Assembly: GCA_038526915.1 (NCBI GenBank)
Contig: JBCBGF010000001.1
Span: forward strand, 150,881 to 214,880
Length of the DNA: 64,000 bases
Source: Pseudomonadota bacterium
Lineage (GTDB): Bacteria > Pseudomonadota > Alphaproteobacteria > Rhodobacterales > Rhodobacteraceae
Direction: 5' to 3'
In this document: positions 47,001 through 55,258 of the stretch, in pieces
Position numbering within the stretch: position 1 is the stretch's first letter
Layout of the letters: every line of letters starts with the position of its first letter
Position numbers and translations under genes: made by a program
Notes under the pieces: generated by a model
Databases searched by the model: none
Told to the model about the DNA's origin: nothing
The model's input: only the letters and a program-made list of their open reading frames with translations

Positions 47001-47135
47001 ATGACTGCTATCGTTGAACAAATTCGCAAACCCAGCGTTCAAACCGGTCTCGCCGTAGCAGGCAAGAGCTGCCTCGTCGTCGGCGGCTTGGCTGTCGCAC
47101 AATCAGCGGCCGCGCTTGTCGTGTTCTCACTTTAA
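47001..47135 (+). CDS. Micro-ORF, 44 aa, predicted small membrane peptide
   Basis: AAGGGAG lies 7 nt upstream of the ATG. MTAIVEQIRKPSVQTGLAVAGKSCLVVGGLAVAQSAAALVVFSL has a polar N-terminus and a hydrophobic C-terminal helix. It ends 25 nt before the next gene. Below the size cutoff of the ORF track. Confidence 0.4.
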   Translation: MTAIVEQIRKPSVQTGLAVAGKSCLVVGGLAVAQSAAALVVFSL

Positions 47136-47160
47136 TCAGGCAAGCGGAGAGGATTTCGCC

Positions 47161-47802
47161 ATGGAAGACCTAATGACTGTCTCGGGCAAGATCGGGCGAT
47201 CTGCCATGATCCTTGAACAAGCCGAACAAGCTCAAGCCGACGCGATTGCCTTGGCACTCGGCGACGCGGGCCAACTTGCAGTCGCAGAAATGTCTGGAAG
47301 TCACGGTACGCAACTCTGGCGCACCGCATCCCACGAGATGCTGCGCGGCCTTGTTTTCATAGGCAGTGGGTCCATTGGCCAGTTGCGCTCAACCGTTCAG
47401 GCCGCCGGGGTGATTGCAACCGCGGAAACGTCCGTCTTCTTGGAATGCGGGCAAGCGGCTGACGCGCTGTTCTGTCTAACGACCGACGACACGTTCGACC
47501 TCGTGTTCAAGGCGCTTCGAGAGACATGTTTGGCGGCATCAGCATCCGGTGTGGTCTTCTTCGGCGAAGCAGAGGTTTCGGACCATTCGTCTTTGCGCAG
47601 TCTTAGCCGCAGCCTCCGCCTCTCTGAAATGACACTCGGGTCGCACCCGCTTAGTTTGGGAGTGCAGTCCGACAACACAGCCGACCAGTCGGTAGAACTG
47701 TGTGATCTGTCGCGGGTATTCTTGGGGAACGACTGTCCCAATGTCGGCCGAAGCTTTCCGCAAACCATCCGGCTGCGCATTCAGGCGGAGCACTTGCACT
47801 AG
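47161..47802 (+). CDS. Orphan protein, 213 aa, no recognisable domain
   Basis: GGAGAGG lies upstream of ATG 47161 (MEDLMTVSGKIGRSAMILEQAEQ...). No TM segment, no signal peptide and no motif I recognise. Third codon positions are less GC-biased than in PGC genes. Confidence 0.55.
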   Translation: MEDLMTVSGKIGRSAMILEQAEQAQADAIALALGDAGQLAVAEMSGSHGTQLWRTASHEMLRGLVFIGSGSIGQLRSTVQAAGVIATAETSVFLECGQAADALFCLTTDDTFDLVFKALRETCLAASASGVVFFGEAEVSDHSSLRSLSRSLRLSEMTLGSHPLSLGVQSDNTADQSVELCDLSRVFLGNDCPNVGRSFPQTIRLRIQAEHLH

Positions 47803-47850
47803 CGGTTTTCAGAACTCGACACTTGCAACCTATGATCGAAGGAGGGGCAG

Positions 47851-48756
47851 ATGTCCTCGATCCAATCCCAGTTTCTCGACTTCACCGCACGTCACGATCG
47901 GTACGGGTCCATTGATCCTCGCACGACTCTCAAAGGCAGCGCCAAGGGCAAGGTGGTCTTCATCTCTGGTGGCTCACGTGGCATCGGCCAGGCGACAGCG
48001 GTTGCCTTTGCGGAAGCCGGTGCGAAGGCCGTCTACTTCACTGCCCGTACCGAGGCCGCGCTCAGGGAAACGAAAGCACTGGTCGAAGCGGCCAATCCTG
48101 AGACGCGATGCAGCTATTCCGTCTGCGATGTCACCGTCGCGGCAGAGGTCGAAGCGGCAACCGCCGATTGCATTGCCCAGTTTGGTGCGATTGACGTGGC
48201 CGACGCCAATGCCGGCTTCCTCGGCCCATGGGTCAAGATCGGTGAAAGCGATCCCGAAAGCTGGTGGAAGAACTGGCAGGTAAACGTTCAAGACGCCTAT
48301 CATGTCATCCGGTTCACGCTGCCGCATCTGATAAAGAGCGCGAAAGTTCATGCCGAAGAAGGTCAGAGCGGCGGGCACCTTATCCTGCTGTCCTCGATTG
48401 GCGCACAGCTTCTGATGCCCGGTGCTTCGGACTATCAGACGGCGAAACATGCCATCAATCGGCTGTGCGAATTCGTGCAGAGCGATCACGGCGAAGACGG
48501 CATCAAGTGCTTTGCAATCCATCCCGGCGGCGTTGCCACCGAGCTTGGTCACGCGATGCCGGAACAATTGCACGAGTACCTGACCGACACACCGGATCTG
48601 GCCGCCTGTTTCGCCGTCTGGCTCAGTTCCGGGGCAGCAGACTGGGCGAAAGGCCGGTATCTTAGCGCCACTTGGGACGTCTTGGAGCTTACTTCCCAAA
48701 AGGACGCGATCATTGGCAACGACCTGTTGGTCAATCGCTTGCGAGCTCGCCCGTGA
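47851..48756 (+). CDS. Short-chain dehydrogenase/reductase (cytoplasmic)
   Basis: SGGSRGIGQATAVAFAEAGA Rossmann motif and YQTAK catalytic motif; 301 aa. Confidence 0.8.
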   Translation: MSSIQSQFLDFTARHDRYGSIDPRTTLKGSAKGKVVFISGGSRGIGQATAVAFAEAGAKAVYFTARTEAALRETKALVEAANPETRCSYSVCDVTVAAEVEAATADCIAQFGAIDVADANAGFLGPWVKIGESDPESWWKNWQVNVQDAYHVIRFTLPHLIKSAKVHAEEGQSGGHLILLSSIGAQLLMPGASDYQTAKHAINRLCEFVQSDHGEDGIKCFAIHPGGVATELGHAMPEQLHEYLTDTPDLAACFAVWLSSGAADWAKGRYLSATWDVLELTSQKDAIIGNDLLVNRLRARP

Positions 48757-48886
48757 CGTTGTGCAGAAACGGGCCCCAGCTTACAGGAGACGCACCACAA
48801 CCGGATTTTCGAACCCTAGGTGAGCATGAGCAGACGTTGCAGCGAGGAACTGTCATTAGGGCTGCGTCTTCAGCATTCAGCGAAAG

Positions 48887-48902
48887 TAGCCGACGTCGGC
48901 TA
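48887..48902. other. Perfect 16-nt palindrome between the convergent SDR and rtcR genes
   Basis: tagccgacgtcggcta, 8 nt past the rtcR stop. Confidence 0.4.
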
Positions 48903-48909
48903 TAGGCAC

Positions 48910-50475
48910 TCAACGACCAACAACATCGTCCCACGTCAGATCAAACCGAGCCAGATATTTTCGGACCCGGTCTGAGTCGTTTACGCTGCTGCGCTGTTTG
49001 CGTGAGACAACATAGAGCTTCCGTCCCGCCTCGCTGAGCGTCATTGAAGACTGACATGTTCGCAGTACTTGGGCCAGTTGAGGCACGTCAAAAGGGTCCA
49101 CTTCCCTGTCGGTGTAAGCGGCGACCAGTGCCGCGTCACTGTCCTTGTTTTCGCTGTCCCACCGAAGTCTCAGTGCCGCGATCTCTTCCTTTACCTGGTT
49201 CAGCGTAATGCGCCCGCGCGGTGCCAGCGTGCACAGCCGCAGGATTGCGCCGCTAAAGTCTCTGAAGTTCCCTCGCCATGGCGTGTCCGGCGCGCGGGCG
49301 AAGCGCAGCCAAGCCTCAGAAGCGTCGGCGTTGAACCCGATGCGACTGCCCAGCTTTTGCTCTGCCTGCTGCAACTCATGGTGCAGATTGGCCTCCATGT
49401 CTTCGCGGCGGTCACGCAACGGAGGGAGGCGAAAAGTCCAAGTATTCAGCCGTGAAAACAGATCGGCGCGGAACTTGCCCTCAGCCACCAATGCACCCAG
49501 GTCCTGCGTTGCTGCGGCAATAATCTGAAACCGACTGGTTACCTCGGCGTCCGAGCCAAGTGGGTAATAGCGACCGGTCTCGATGGCATTCAGCAGTAAC
49601 GATTGCTCGTGCAAGCCAAGCATGTCGATTTCATCAAGCAACAGGACACCGCCATCTGCTTCCCGCAACAAGCCGCCCCGCTCACTTCCGGCCAGACCTG
49701 TGTGGCTTCGGCGCTGCCCGAAAAGTGTTGGATATGCCATGTCGCCGCGCAAGGCGGCGCAATTGACATGAACCAAGCGCCCCTTTACCCGCCGCCGTTG
49801 CAGTTTCATCTCAAAGATACGCTGTGCCAACTGCGTCTTCCCAACGCCGGGCTCGCCCAAGATCAAAACCGGGGCATCCGAGCGCTCCGTAACTTGTTCG
49901 AGGCGGTCGATGACCTGATTGAATGCGGCATTCCGCGTCTCAATTCCACCCTTCAGGAGGGACCCGTATTCCCGGGTTTGTTGATCGAACCGTTTCTGGA
50001 TTGCGTCGTAGTGACTTAGGTCAAGATCAATCAGGTCGAATGTGCCGGCCTCATCGCGATCTTTTCGGGGCGGTCCGGTTTGAATTAGCGCGGCCGGAAT
50101 GTGACGGCTCTCAGTCAGCAAGAACCAGCAAATCTGGGCGACATGTGTGCCGGTCGTCAGATGGATGTGATACCGTTCCCGATCCTCGTCAAACCCATAG
50201 TTCTGAGCGAAGTCGAACAGCTTTCCATAGACCTCCTGCAGGTCCCAGGGATCCTCCAGATCCATCCTTTGGAGCAGTACATCGGTATCTGGCGAGACCT
50301 TGGCAATCTCGCGCTTCACATCATGGGCCAGGCGGTTGAATTTGTGGTCATAGATCAATTCAAGGCGGTCGATCTCAAAGCCTGGCTCCTGGCACATGGC
50401 TACTGTGGGGCGCCAACCGCGACGCCCACCCCGATCCAACTGAGTCCCTAGAAACCCAAGAACGACGTTTCGCAT
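48910..50475 (-). CDS. rtcR: RtcR, sigma-54-dependent activator with CARF-like N-terminal domain
   Basis: 521 aa. N-terminus MRNVVLGFLGTQLDRGG...YHIHLTTGTHVAQICWFLL is the RtcR sensor domain. AAA+ core GEPGVGKTQLAQRIF...LLLDEI. C-terminal HTH. Divergent from rtcB. Confidence 0.85.
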   Translation of the reverse strand: MRNVVLGFLGTQLDRGGRRGWRPTVAMCQEPGFEIDRLELIYDHKFNRLAHDVKREIAKVSPDTDVLLQRMDLEDPWDLQEVYGKLFDFAQNYGFDEDRERYHIHLTTGTHVAQICWFLLTESRHIPAALIQTGPPRKDRDEAGTFDLIDLDLSHYDAIQKRFDQQTREYGSLLKGGIETRNAAFNQVIDRLEQVTERSDAPVLILGEPGVGKTQLAQRIFEMKLQRRRVKGRLVHVNCAALRGDMAYPTLFGQRRSHTGLAGSERGGLLREADGGVLLLDEIDMLGLHEQSLLLNAIETGRYYPLGSDAEVTSRFQIIAAATQDLGALVAEGKFRADLFSRLNTWTFRLPPLRDRREDMEANLHHELQQAEQKLGSRIGFNADASEAWLRFARAPDTPWRGNFRDFSGAILRLCTLAPRGRITLNQVKEEIAALRLRWDSENKDSDAALVAAYTDREVDPFDVPQLAQVLRTCQSSMTLSEAGRKLYVVSRKQRSSVNDSDRVRKYLARFDLTWDDVVGR

Positions 50476-50509
50476 GCCTGATCCAAATTTATATAATGTG
50501 ATCTTGTAC

Positions 50510-50531
50510 GATAGTATTTTACGATACTATC
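50510..50531. promoter_or_regulatory. Inverted repeat in the AT-rich rtcR/rtcB control region (candidate activator site)
   Basis: gatagtat-tttacg-atactatc has 8-bp arms. It overlaps a 13-nt-spaced direct repeat, tacgata (50507 and 50520). Confidence 0.35.
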
Positions 50532-50676
50532 TCACGCAATTCTCGATATTATATATTTTTATCAATGACTTATAAGATATTGCGTTTTTTCTTCGGTACA
50601 GAACGAGACTCGGCCAGAACAGACTCACAAAAGAGAAGAAGAGAGAAAGCAACGGATGATCCGCATCCCGAAGACC

Positions 50677-50704
50677 GGCGGCCCGGGCCCATTCCCGGGC
50701 CGCC
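50677..50704 (+). other. Strong GC stem-loop in the rtcB 5' leader
   Basis: ggcggcccggg-cccatt-cccgggccgcc forms a perfect 11-bp stem, 46 nt upstream of the rtcB ATG. Confidence 0.5.
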
Positions 50705-50749
50705 ACGCTGTCACCCCGACGTGGGGAGTATTGACGAGAGGACGTGAAG

Positions 50750-52156
50750 ATGAACGATTTGACACCTCTGACGGGCCACGATCTGACCGCATGGGGCCAT
50801 ACACCCGGCCCGCAATTTCCAGCTTTGCTGGCGCGCGCCAATGATCTGTTGGCCAACGGCCGAAGCGCCGAGGAAATTCGAGGCGTGCTGGCAGCAGATC
50901 TCCCTCAACCGCCCATCCAGTTCTCGCTGCAGGACCCGGGCGCGGTGCCGCTTCATGTGAACTTGAAACCAGGCAACTCTGATGAGGACGCGAACCTGGC
51001 CAAGGTATGCGACACGATGGAGGCGGTGATGCGCACCCCAACTGTCGTCGCTGGGGCAATCATGCCCGATGCCTGCCCTGCGGGACCTGTCGGAACGATC
51101 CCTGTGGGTGGTGTCATTGCTGCTCGTAATGCCATCCATCCGGGGATGCACTCTGCCGACATCTGTTGCTCGTTGATGCTGAGCGATCTTGGCGATGCTG
51201 ACCCGAAGGCGGTTTTGGATGCAGCAGCTTCGGTCACACATTTCGGACCGGGCGGGCGGCCTCAGGGCCAACGGTTCACAGTATCTTTGGACCTGCTGGA
51301 TGCTTTCCGGGCCAACCCGTTCCTGAACAGCGCAAAGACTATCCGCGCCGCACAGGAGCACATGGGCACCCAAGGCGATGGCAACCACTTCCTGTTCGTC
51401 GGGACGTCGCGGGCGACAGGCCGCACGATGCTGATCACGCATCATGGGTCGCGCGGTCCGGGGGCCAAGCTCTACAAGGCCGGCATGGAGGTTGCAGAGC
51501 GCTATCGGCGCAAGCACGCGAAAGACACGCTCAAACAGAACGCCTGGATTCCGGCGGACACTGACGATGGCGCAGCCTATTGGGATGCCCTTCAGATTAT
51601 TCGGAAGTGGACGAAGACGAACCACAACTCGATCCATCAAGCGACCGTCGAAGCGGTTGGTGCATCGGCGTCTGACCGTTTCTGGAACGAGCATAACTTT
51701 GTCTTCCGCCGTGGCGATCTGTACTTCCATGGCAAAGGGGCAACGCCAGCCTGGGCCGATTTTGCCGCTGATGCCGATCCTGCGGGTCGGACCATTATCC
51801 CGCTGAACATGGCGGAGCCGGTCTTGATCGTTAAAGGATCAGACGCTGACAACGCTTTGGGGTTCAGCCCTCATGGGGCGGGGCGTAACTGGTCGCGCAC
51901 CGAGCATATGCGCCGGCTTGGAACGACAACAGCAGAAGAGGCCTTGGCCAAAGAAACCAAGGGGCTCGACGTGCGGTTCTTCGCCGGAAAGGTGGACGCA
52001 TCAGAGCTGCCGTCGAGCTATAAGCCTGCGGCGACGGTCGAGGCGCAGATCGCAGAGTTCGGACTGGCCGAGGTTGAAGACTGGATCGACCCCTTTGGAT
52101 GCATCATGGCCGGAGAACTTCCCCGCTTTCAACGAAGCCGGAAAGGCCGCCGCTGA
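50750..52156 (+). CDS. rtcB: RtcB-family RNA ligase with an N-terminal extension resembling the C-terminal domain of CCA-adding enzymes
   Basis: RtcB motifs MPDACPAG, GTQGDGNHFLFVG, HHGSRGPG and PHGAGRNW. The first ~45 aa (LTGHDLTAWGHTPGPQFPALLARANDLLANGRSAEEIRGVL) fit the G-x-DL...G-x-x-PGP pattern. GAGAGG lies upstream of ATG 50750; GTG 50744 is the alternative start. Confidence 0.85.
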   Translation: MNDLTPLTGHDLTAWGHTPGPQFPALLARANDLLANGRSAEEIRGVLAADLPQPPIQFSLQDPGAVPLHVNLKPGNSDEDANLAKVCDTMEAVMRTPTVVAGAIMPDACPAGPVGTIPVGGVIAARNAIHPGMHSADICCSLMLSDLGDADPKAVLDAAASVTHFGPGGRPQGQRFTVSLDLLDAFRANPFLNSAKTIRAAQEHMGTQGDGNHFLFVGTSRATGRTMLITHHGSRGPGAKLYKAGMEVAERYRRKHAKDTLKQNAWIPADTDDGAAYWDALQIIRKWTKTNHNSIHQATVEAVGASASDRFWNEHNFVFRRGDLYFHGKGATPAWADFAADADPAGRTIIPLNMAEPVLIVKGSDADNALGFSPHGAGRNWSRTEHMRRLGTTTAEEALAKETKGLDVRFFAGKVDASELPSSYKPAATVEAQIAEFGLAEVEDWIDPFGCIMAGELPRFQRSRKGRR

Positions 52157-52161
52157 CACAA

Positions 52162-52195
52162 CCCCGCCCGGCACAGATCGGGCGGGGCCATTTTG
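52162..52195 (+). terminator. Rho-independent terminator of rtcB
   Basis: ccccgcccg-N8-cgggcgggg forms a 9-bp stem, followed by ccattttg. Confidence 0.7.
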
Positions 52196-52342
52196 CTGAT
52201 TGTCCAGTGGAGTTCCCGAACGTCTGTGTTGCGGACTGCTCCCCCGGCATTATGACCATGTGTCAAAGGTCGGCTCTGGGCCGACTTGGACAAGGAACTT
52301 GTTTCCCTAGTTCACAAGCAAACCTAGCAGCGTCACCAGAGG

Positions 52343-52660
52343 CTACAGTCTTTTGCAGCGCTTGATGTCTTCGACCATCTGCCGAAAATCATGCAGAGCT
52401 GCAATTTGCCCGTCGTTCAGCTTGGTTCTGTCCAGATCAGCGTGTTCAATCAGCACATCAAGCGCCTCAGACATGCGCCCGATCTGCCGACCATAACTCC
52501 CAACATCGCGCAAAATACGACGCTCAAGATCCGGCTTTTCCGTGCGCCCCAGATCAATGTTGATAAAGCCCAGTTGTCCGACATTCTCGAACCAACTTGA
52601 CCAGATTTCAAAGGCTTGGGTCACGGCACCTCCAAAGGGCGCTGTAATTCGCATCGCCAT
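52343..52660 (-). CDS. Orphan protein, 105 aa
   Basis: MAMRITAPFGGAVTQAFEIWSSWFENVGQLGFINIDLGRTEKPDLERRILRDVGSYGRQIGRMSEAL..., with GGAG 8 nt upstream of ATG 52660. No family recognised. Confidence 0.5.
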   Translation of the reverse strand: MAMRITAPFGGAVTQAFEIWSSWFENVGQLGFINIDLGRTEKPDLERRILRDVGSYGRQIGRMSEALDVLIEHADLDRTKLNDGQIAALHDFRQMVEDIKRCKRL

Positions 52661-52890
52661 AGCAAACTCCATTTCCAAATGCTGCAGTGCAGCATGCCGC
52701 GAGCTGCCGGTCAACCCTGCATCGTCAGTAACACTCTGAGCTCGCCCGGGTTTCGCGTGTGCAGCCACGACAGTCTTCGCTGCGAAGTTCAGCTATCAGC
52801 GCGATTGCGAACAGGCTGTGTGCGTTGAAACCCCGGATATCGACGCCAACTTGTGCCGCGTAACAAAGATCCATCAGACATGGTGCGGCA

Positions 52891-54129
52891 ATGAGCGATT
52901 TGACGACAGCGGTCGACACAGGGCCGGCACGGTTCGGCAACACAGAGAGCCGGTTTGGCGGTGTTGCCAAAACATTTCACTGGCTCACAGCGCTTCTGAT
53001 CTTGACGATGATCCCGCTTGGCATCGTTGCGCAATACTGGCCTTACGACACGTCAGAGGCTCTGGCGGTCAAAGCTGACCTGTTCTCGCTTCACAAGACG
53101 CTGGGACTGGTCACCTTCGTAGTGGCCCTTCTTAGGATTGCTTGGGCGATCGTACAGCCGCGTCCAGCCTTGTTACCCGCGGGGAGCCGTGCGCAGACGT
53201 TTGCCGCCGAAACCGTTCATTTCGCCCTATACACGGCATTGGTCTTGGTCCCGCTGAGTGGCTGGATACACCATGCGGCCTCCACGGGATTTGCGCCTAT
53301 TTGGTGGCCGTTTGGCCAAACGCTGCCGTTTGTACCCCAGAGCGTGGCTGTCGCTGATGCCTTTGCCGGGCTGCACTTTGTTTTCAATATCGTTCTTGTG
53401 GCGGCGCTGGCGCTCCATATCGGCGGCGCGCTCAAGCACCATGTCATTGACGGCGACGCCACGCTGCGGCGGATGATGCCGGGGACATGTGAATTGCCGC
53501 CTGCGCTGGAGCGTGCGACGGGCCACGCAGCCCCTGCGGCTACAGCGGCGGCCGTCTGGAGCCTCGCCGTAGTTATTGGTTTGACAGTGGGCTTGAGCGG
53601 GGAACGCTCCAGTGCTGTTCAGGCCGAGTTAGAGGCTGTGTCCTCGGAATGGGTGGTGCAGGAGGGAACCCTCGCAATCACTGTCCAGCAGTTGAACCAG
53701 CCTGTTACGGGCCAGTTCGCCGACTGGACCGCGGCGATTGCGTTCGACGAAGAGGCGCGCGATGGCGTTCACGGTCAGGTCGATGTCACGGTATCTGTCC
53801 CATCGCTGACGCTTGGCAGCGTAACGACACAGGCGCTCGCCGCCGATTTCCTAAACGCAGGCACGTTTTCAACGGCAACCTTTTCAGGGCCGATTTTGGC
53901 GGCGGACGACGGCTATGTCGTTGATGGCGTCCTGACCCTTGTGGGTCAAGAAGTGCCCCTGTCGTTGCCCTTTGCACTGGAGGTCGATGGCGATACGGCG
54001 ACCGCCACGGGCACGGTCGCGATTGACCGGAGAGACTTCGGCATGGGGGCGACCTATCAGGACGAGGCAACGGTTGGCTTCACGGTCGATGTCAGCATTG
54101 GCGTAACTGCAACGCGCGGCGGCCAGTAA
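52891..54129 (+). CDS. Cytochrome b561-family membrane domain fused to a YceI-like periplasmic domain
   Basis: N-terminal 4-TM region with His ligands (FHWLTALLIL...HFALY...IHHAAS...LKHHVIDGD). C-terminal YceI-like beta-barrel (...VDGVLTLVGQEVPLSLPF...IDRRDFGMG). Confidence 0.8.
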   Translation: MSDLTTAVDTGPARFGNTESRFGGVAKTFHWLTALLILTMIPLGIVAQYWPYDTSEALAVKADLFSLHKTLGLVTFVVALLRIAWAIVQPRPALLPAGSRAQTFAAETVHFALYTALVLVPLSGWIHHAASTGFAPIWWPFGQTLPFVPQSVAVADAFAGLHFVFNIVLVAALALHIGGALKHHVIDGDATLRRMMPGTCELPPALERATGHAAPAATAAAVWSLAVVIGLTVGLSGERSSAVQAELEAVSSEWVVQEGTLAITVQQLNQPVTGQFADWTAAIAFDEEARDGVHGQVDVTVSVPSLTLGSVTTQALAADFLNAGTFSTATFSGPILAADDGYVVDGVLTLVGQEVPLSLPFALEVDGDTATATGTVAIDRRDFGMGATYQDEATVGFTVDVSIGVTATRGGQ

Positions 54130-54131
54130 AA

Positions 54132-54165
54132 AAGAGCCCGACCGCGTGGTTGCGGTCGGGCTCTT
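54132..54165. terminator. Bidirectional rho-independent terminator
   Basis: aagagcccgaccgc-gtggtt-gcggtcgggctctt forms a 14-bp stem flanked by A- and T-runs, between convergent genes. Confidence 0.8.
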
Positions 54166-54183
54166 CAGATCGTGCACGCTCGC

Positions 54184-54783
54184 TTAGCCCGCCGGCGCCA
54201 TGGCTTCGAGTGAAATTGTCACCTCGACCTCGTCACTGACGAAAGGCGCAAATGCGCCCACTTCGAAGTCAGAGCGCAGGATTGTCGTGGTTCCAGTGAA
54301 CCCGATCGCATCAGCGCCGCCTGCTTGGGGCGACGGATGCGTGCCAGCGAAGTTCAACGTTGTGTCGAGGGTGATCGACTGGGTAACGTCGTTGATGGTC
54401 AGATCGCCGGTGATAAGCGCGGTGTCTTCGCCGGTGACCTCGATATCAGTTGAGACGAAGGTCACGACGTCATCTTCGGTCGTGCCGAAAAAGTCATCGC
54501 TCTGGAAGTGGCCATCGCGCGCCTCCCAGCCGGTGAACATCGAAAGTGTCGGGATGCTTGCCGTCACCGAAGAGTTCTCCGGTGCATCGACGTCGAACAA
54601 GATCTCGCCCTCCCAACCCGAAAACATGCCGAAGGTCGTCGACATGCCAAGGTGGTTATAGGAAAAAAGCGCCTGCGCGTGGCTGGCATCAATCGCGTAG
54701 GCCACGGGGTCGGCCTTAGCGGGGGCGGTGAAGGCAAGCGTAGCGACGGCTGCAGCGCTCGCTAGCGAAAGTGTACGGATCAT
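54184..54783 (-). CDS. YceI-family periplasmic polyisoprenoid-binding protein
   Basis: Signal peptide MIRTLSLASAAAVATLAFTAPAKA, followed by a YceI-like domain (YAIDASHAQALFSYNHLGMSTTFGMF...). Start set at ATG 54783. Confidence 0.8.
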   Translation of the reverse strand: MIRTLSLASAAAVATLAFTAPAKADPVAYAIDASHAQALFSYNHLGMSTTFGMFSGWEGEILFDVDAPENSSVTASIPTLSMFTGWEARDGHFQSDDFFGTTEDDVVTFVSTDIEVTGEDTALITGDLTINDVTQSITLDTTLNFAGTHPSPQAGGADAIGFTGTTTILRSDFEVGAFAPFVSDEVEVTISLEAMAPAG

Positions 54784-55258
54784 TTGGGAACTCCTGAAGA
54801 TCGGTCGATACTGTGCAACTGAGCACGTTTTGACGCGACTCCAACTCGCGACTGCAAACACGTTCTGTTCGTCAGCTCACAGTTACAGCCTTGAGTGCGA
54901 CTTTAGTCGATGCCCTTCCCGCCGCAGGAGCAGTCTAATTGCATCGAATTGGGGTTCTGAATTCCCTGAAGCAGCCTTTCGCCCGGGTCGATACGCAGCG
55001 TATGTCTTGGAACGCTAGGACGAACGATCCGCCTTTCGGTAGCTGACTTGTCCATAGATCATGCGGAACAAGTACAGGTTGGAGCAGTACACTGGAACGC
55101 TGCCTGAAAGGCTATCGGGGCGACCGACGCTGTAGCGCGGCGAAGACGAGGCAACGCCGGCCAATGTTTACTGCGAAAGCAATGGGGGGCATCGAATGTG
55201 GGCTTGGTCTTGACAACATCCAAACCCATCGCGCTAGCTCTAACGCACCAGACCCCCT

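Noticed and set aside
50476-50749. Canonical sigma-54 -24/-12 promoter (TGGCAC-N5-TTGC) upstream of rtcB
   Set aside because: None of the GG dinucleotides on the rtcB strand (50595, 50612, 50654) has GC 12 nt downstream. The TTGC at 50579 has TGAC rather than TGGC upstream and the spacing is wrong. No promoter was annotated.
54862-55258. 397-nt gap at the right edge of the insert and ORF 55059-55589 (176 aa), checked for a tRNA, an att site or a small gene
   Set aside because: No cloverleaf-like sequence and no repeat matching the left junction. The ORF is Cys/Arg/Gly-rich and mostly antisense to or overlapping tspO.
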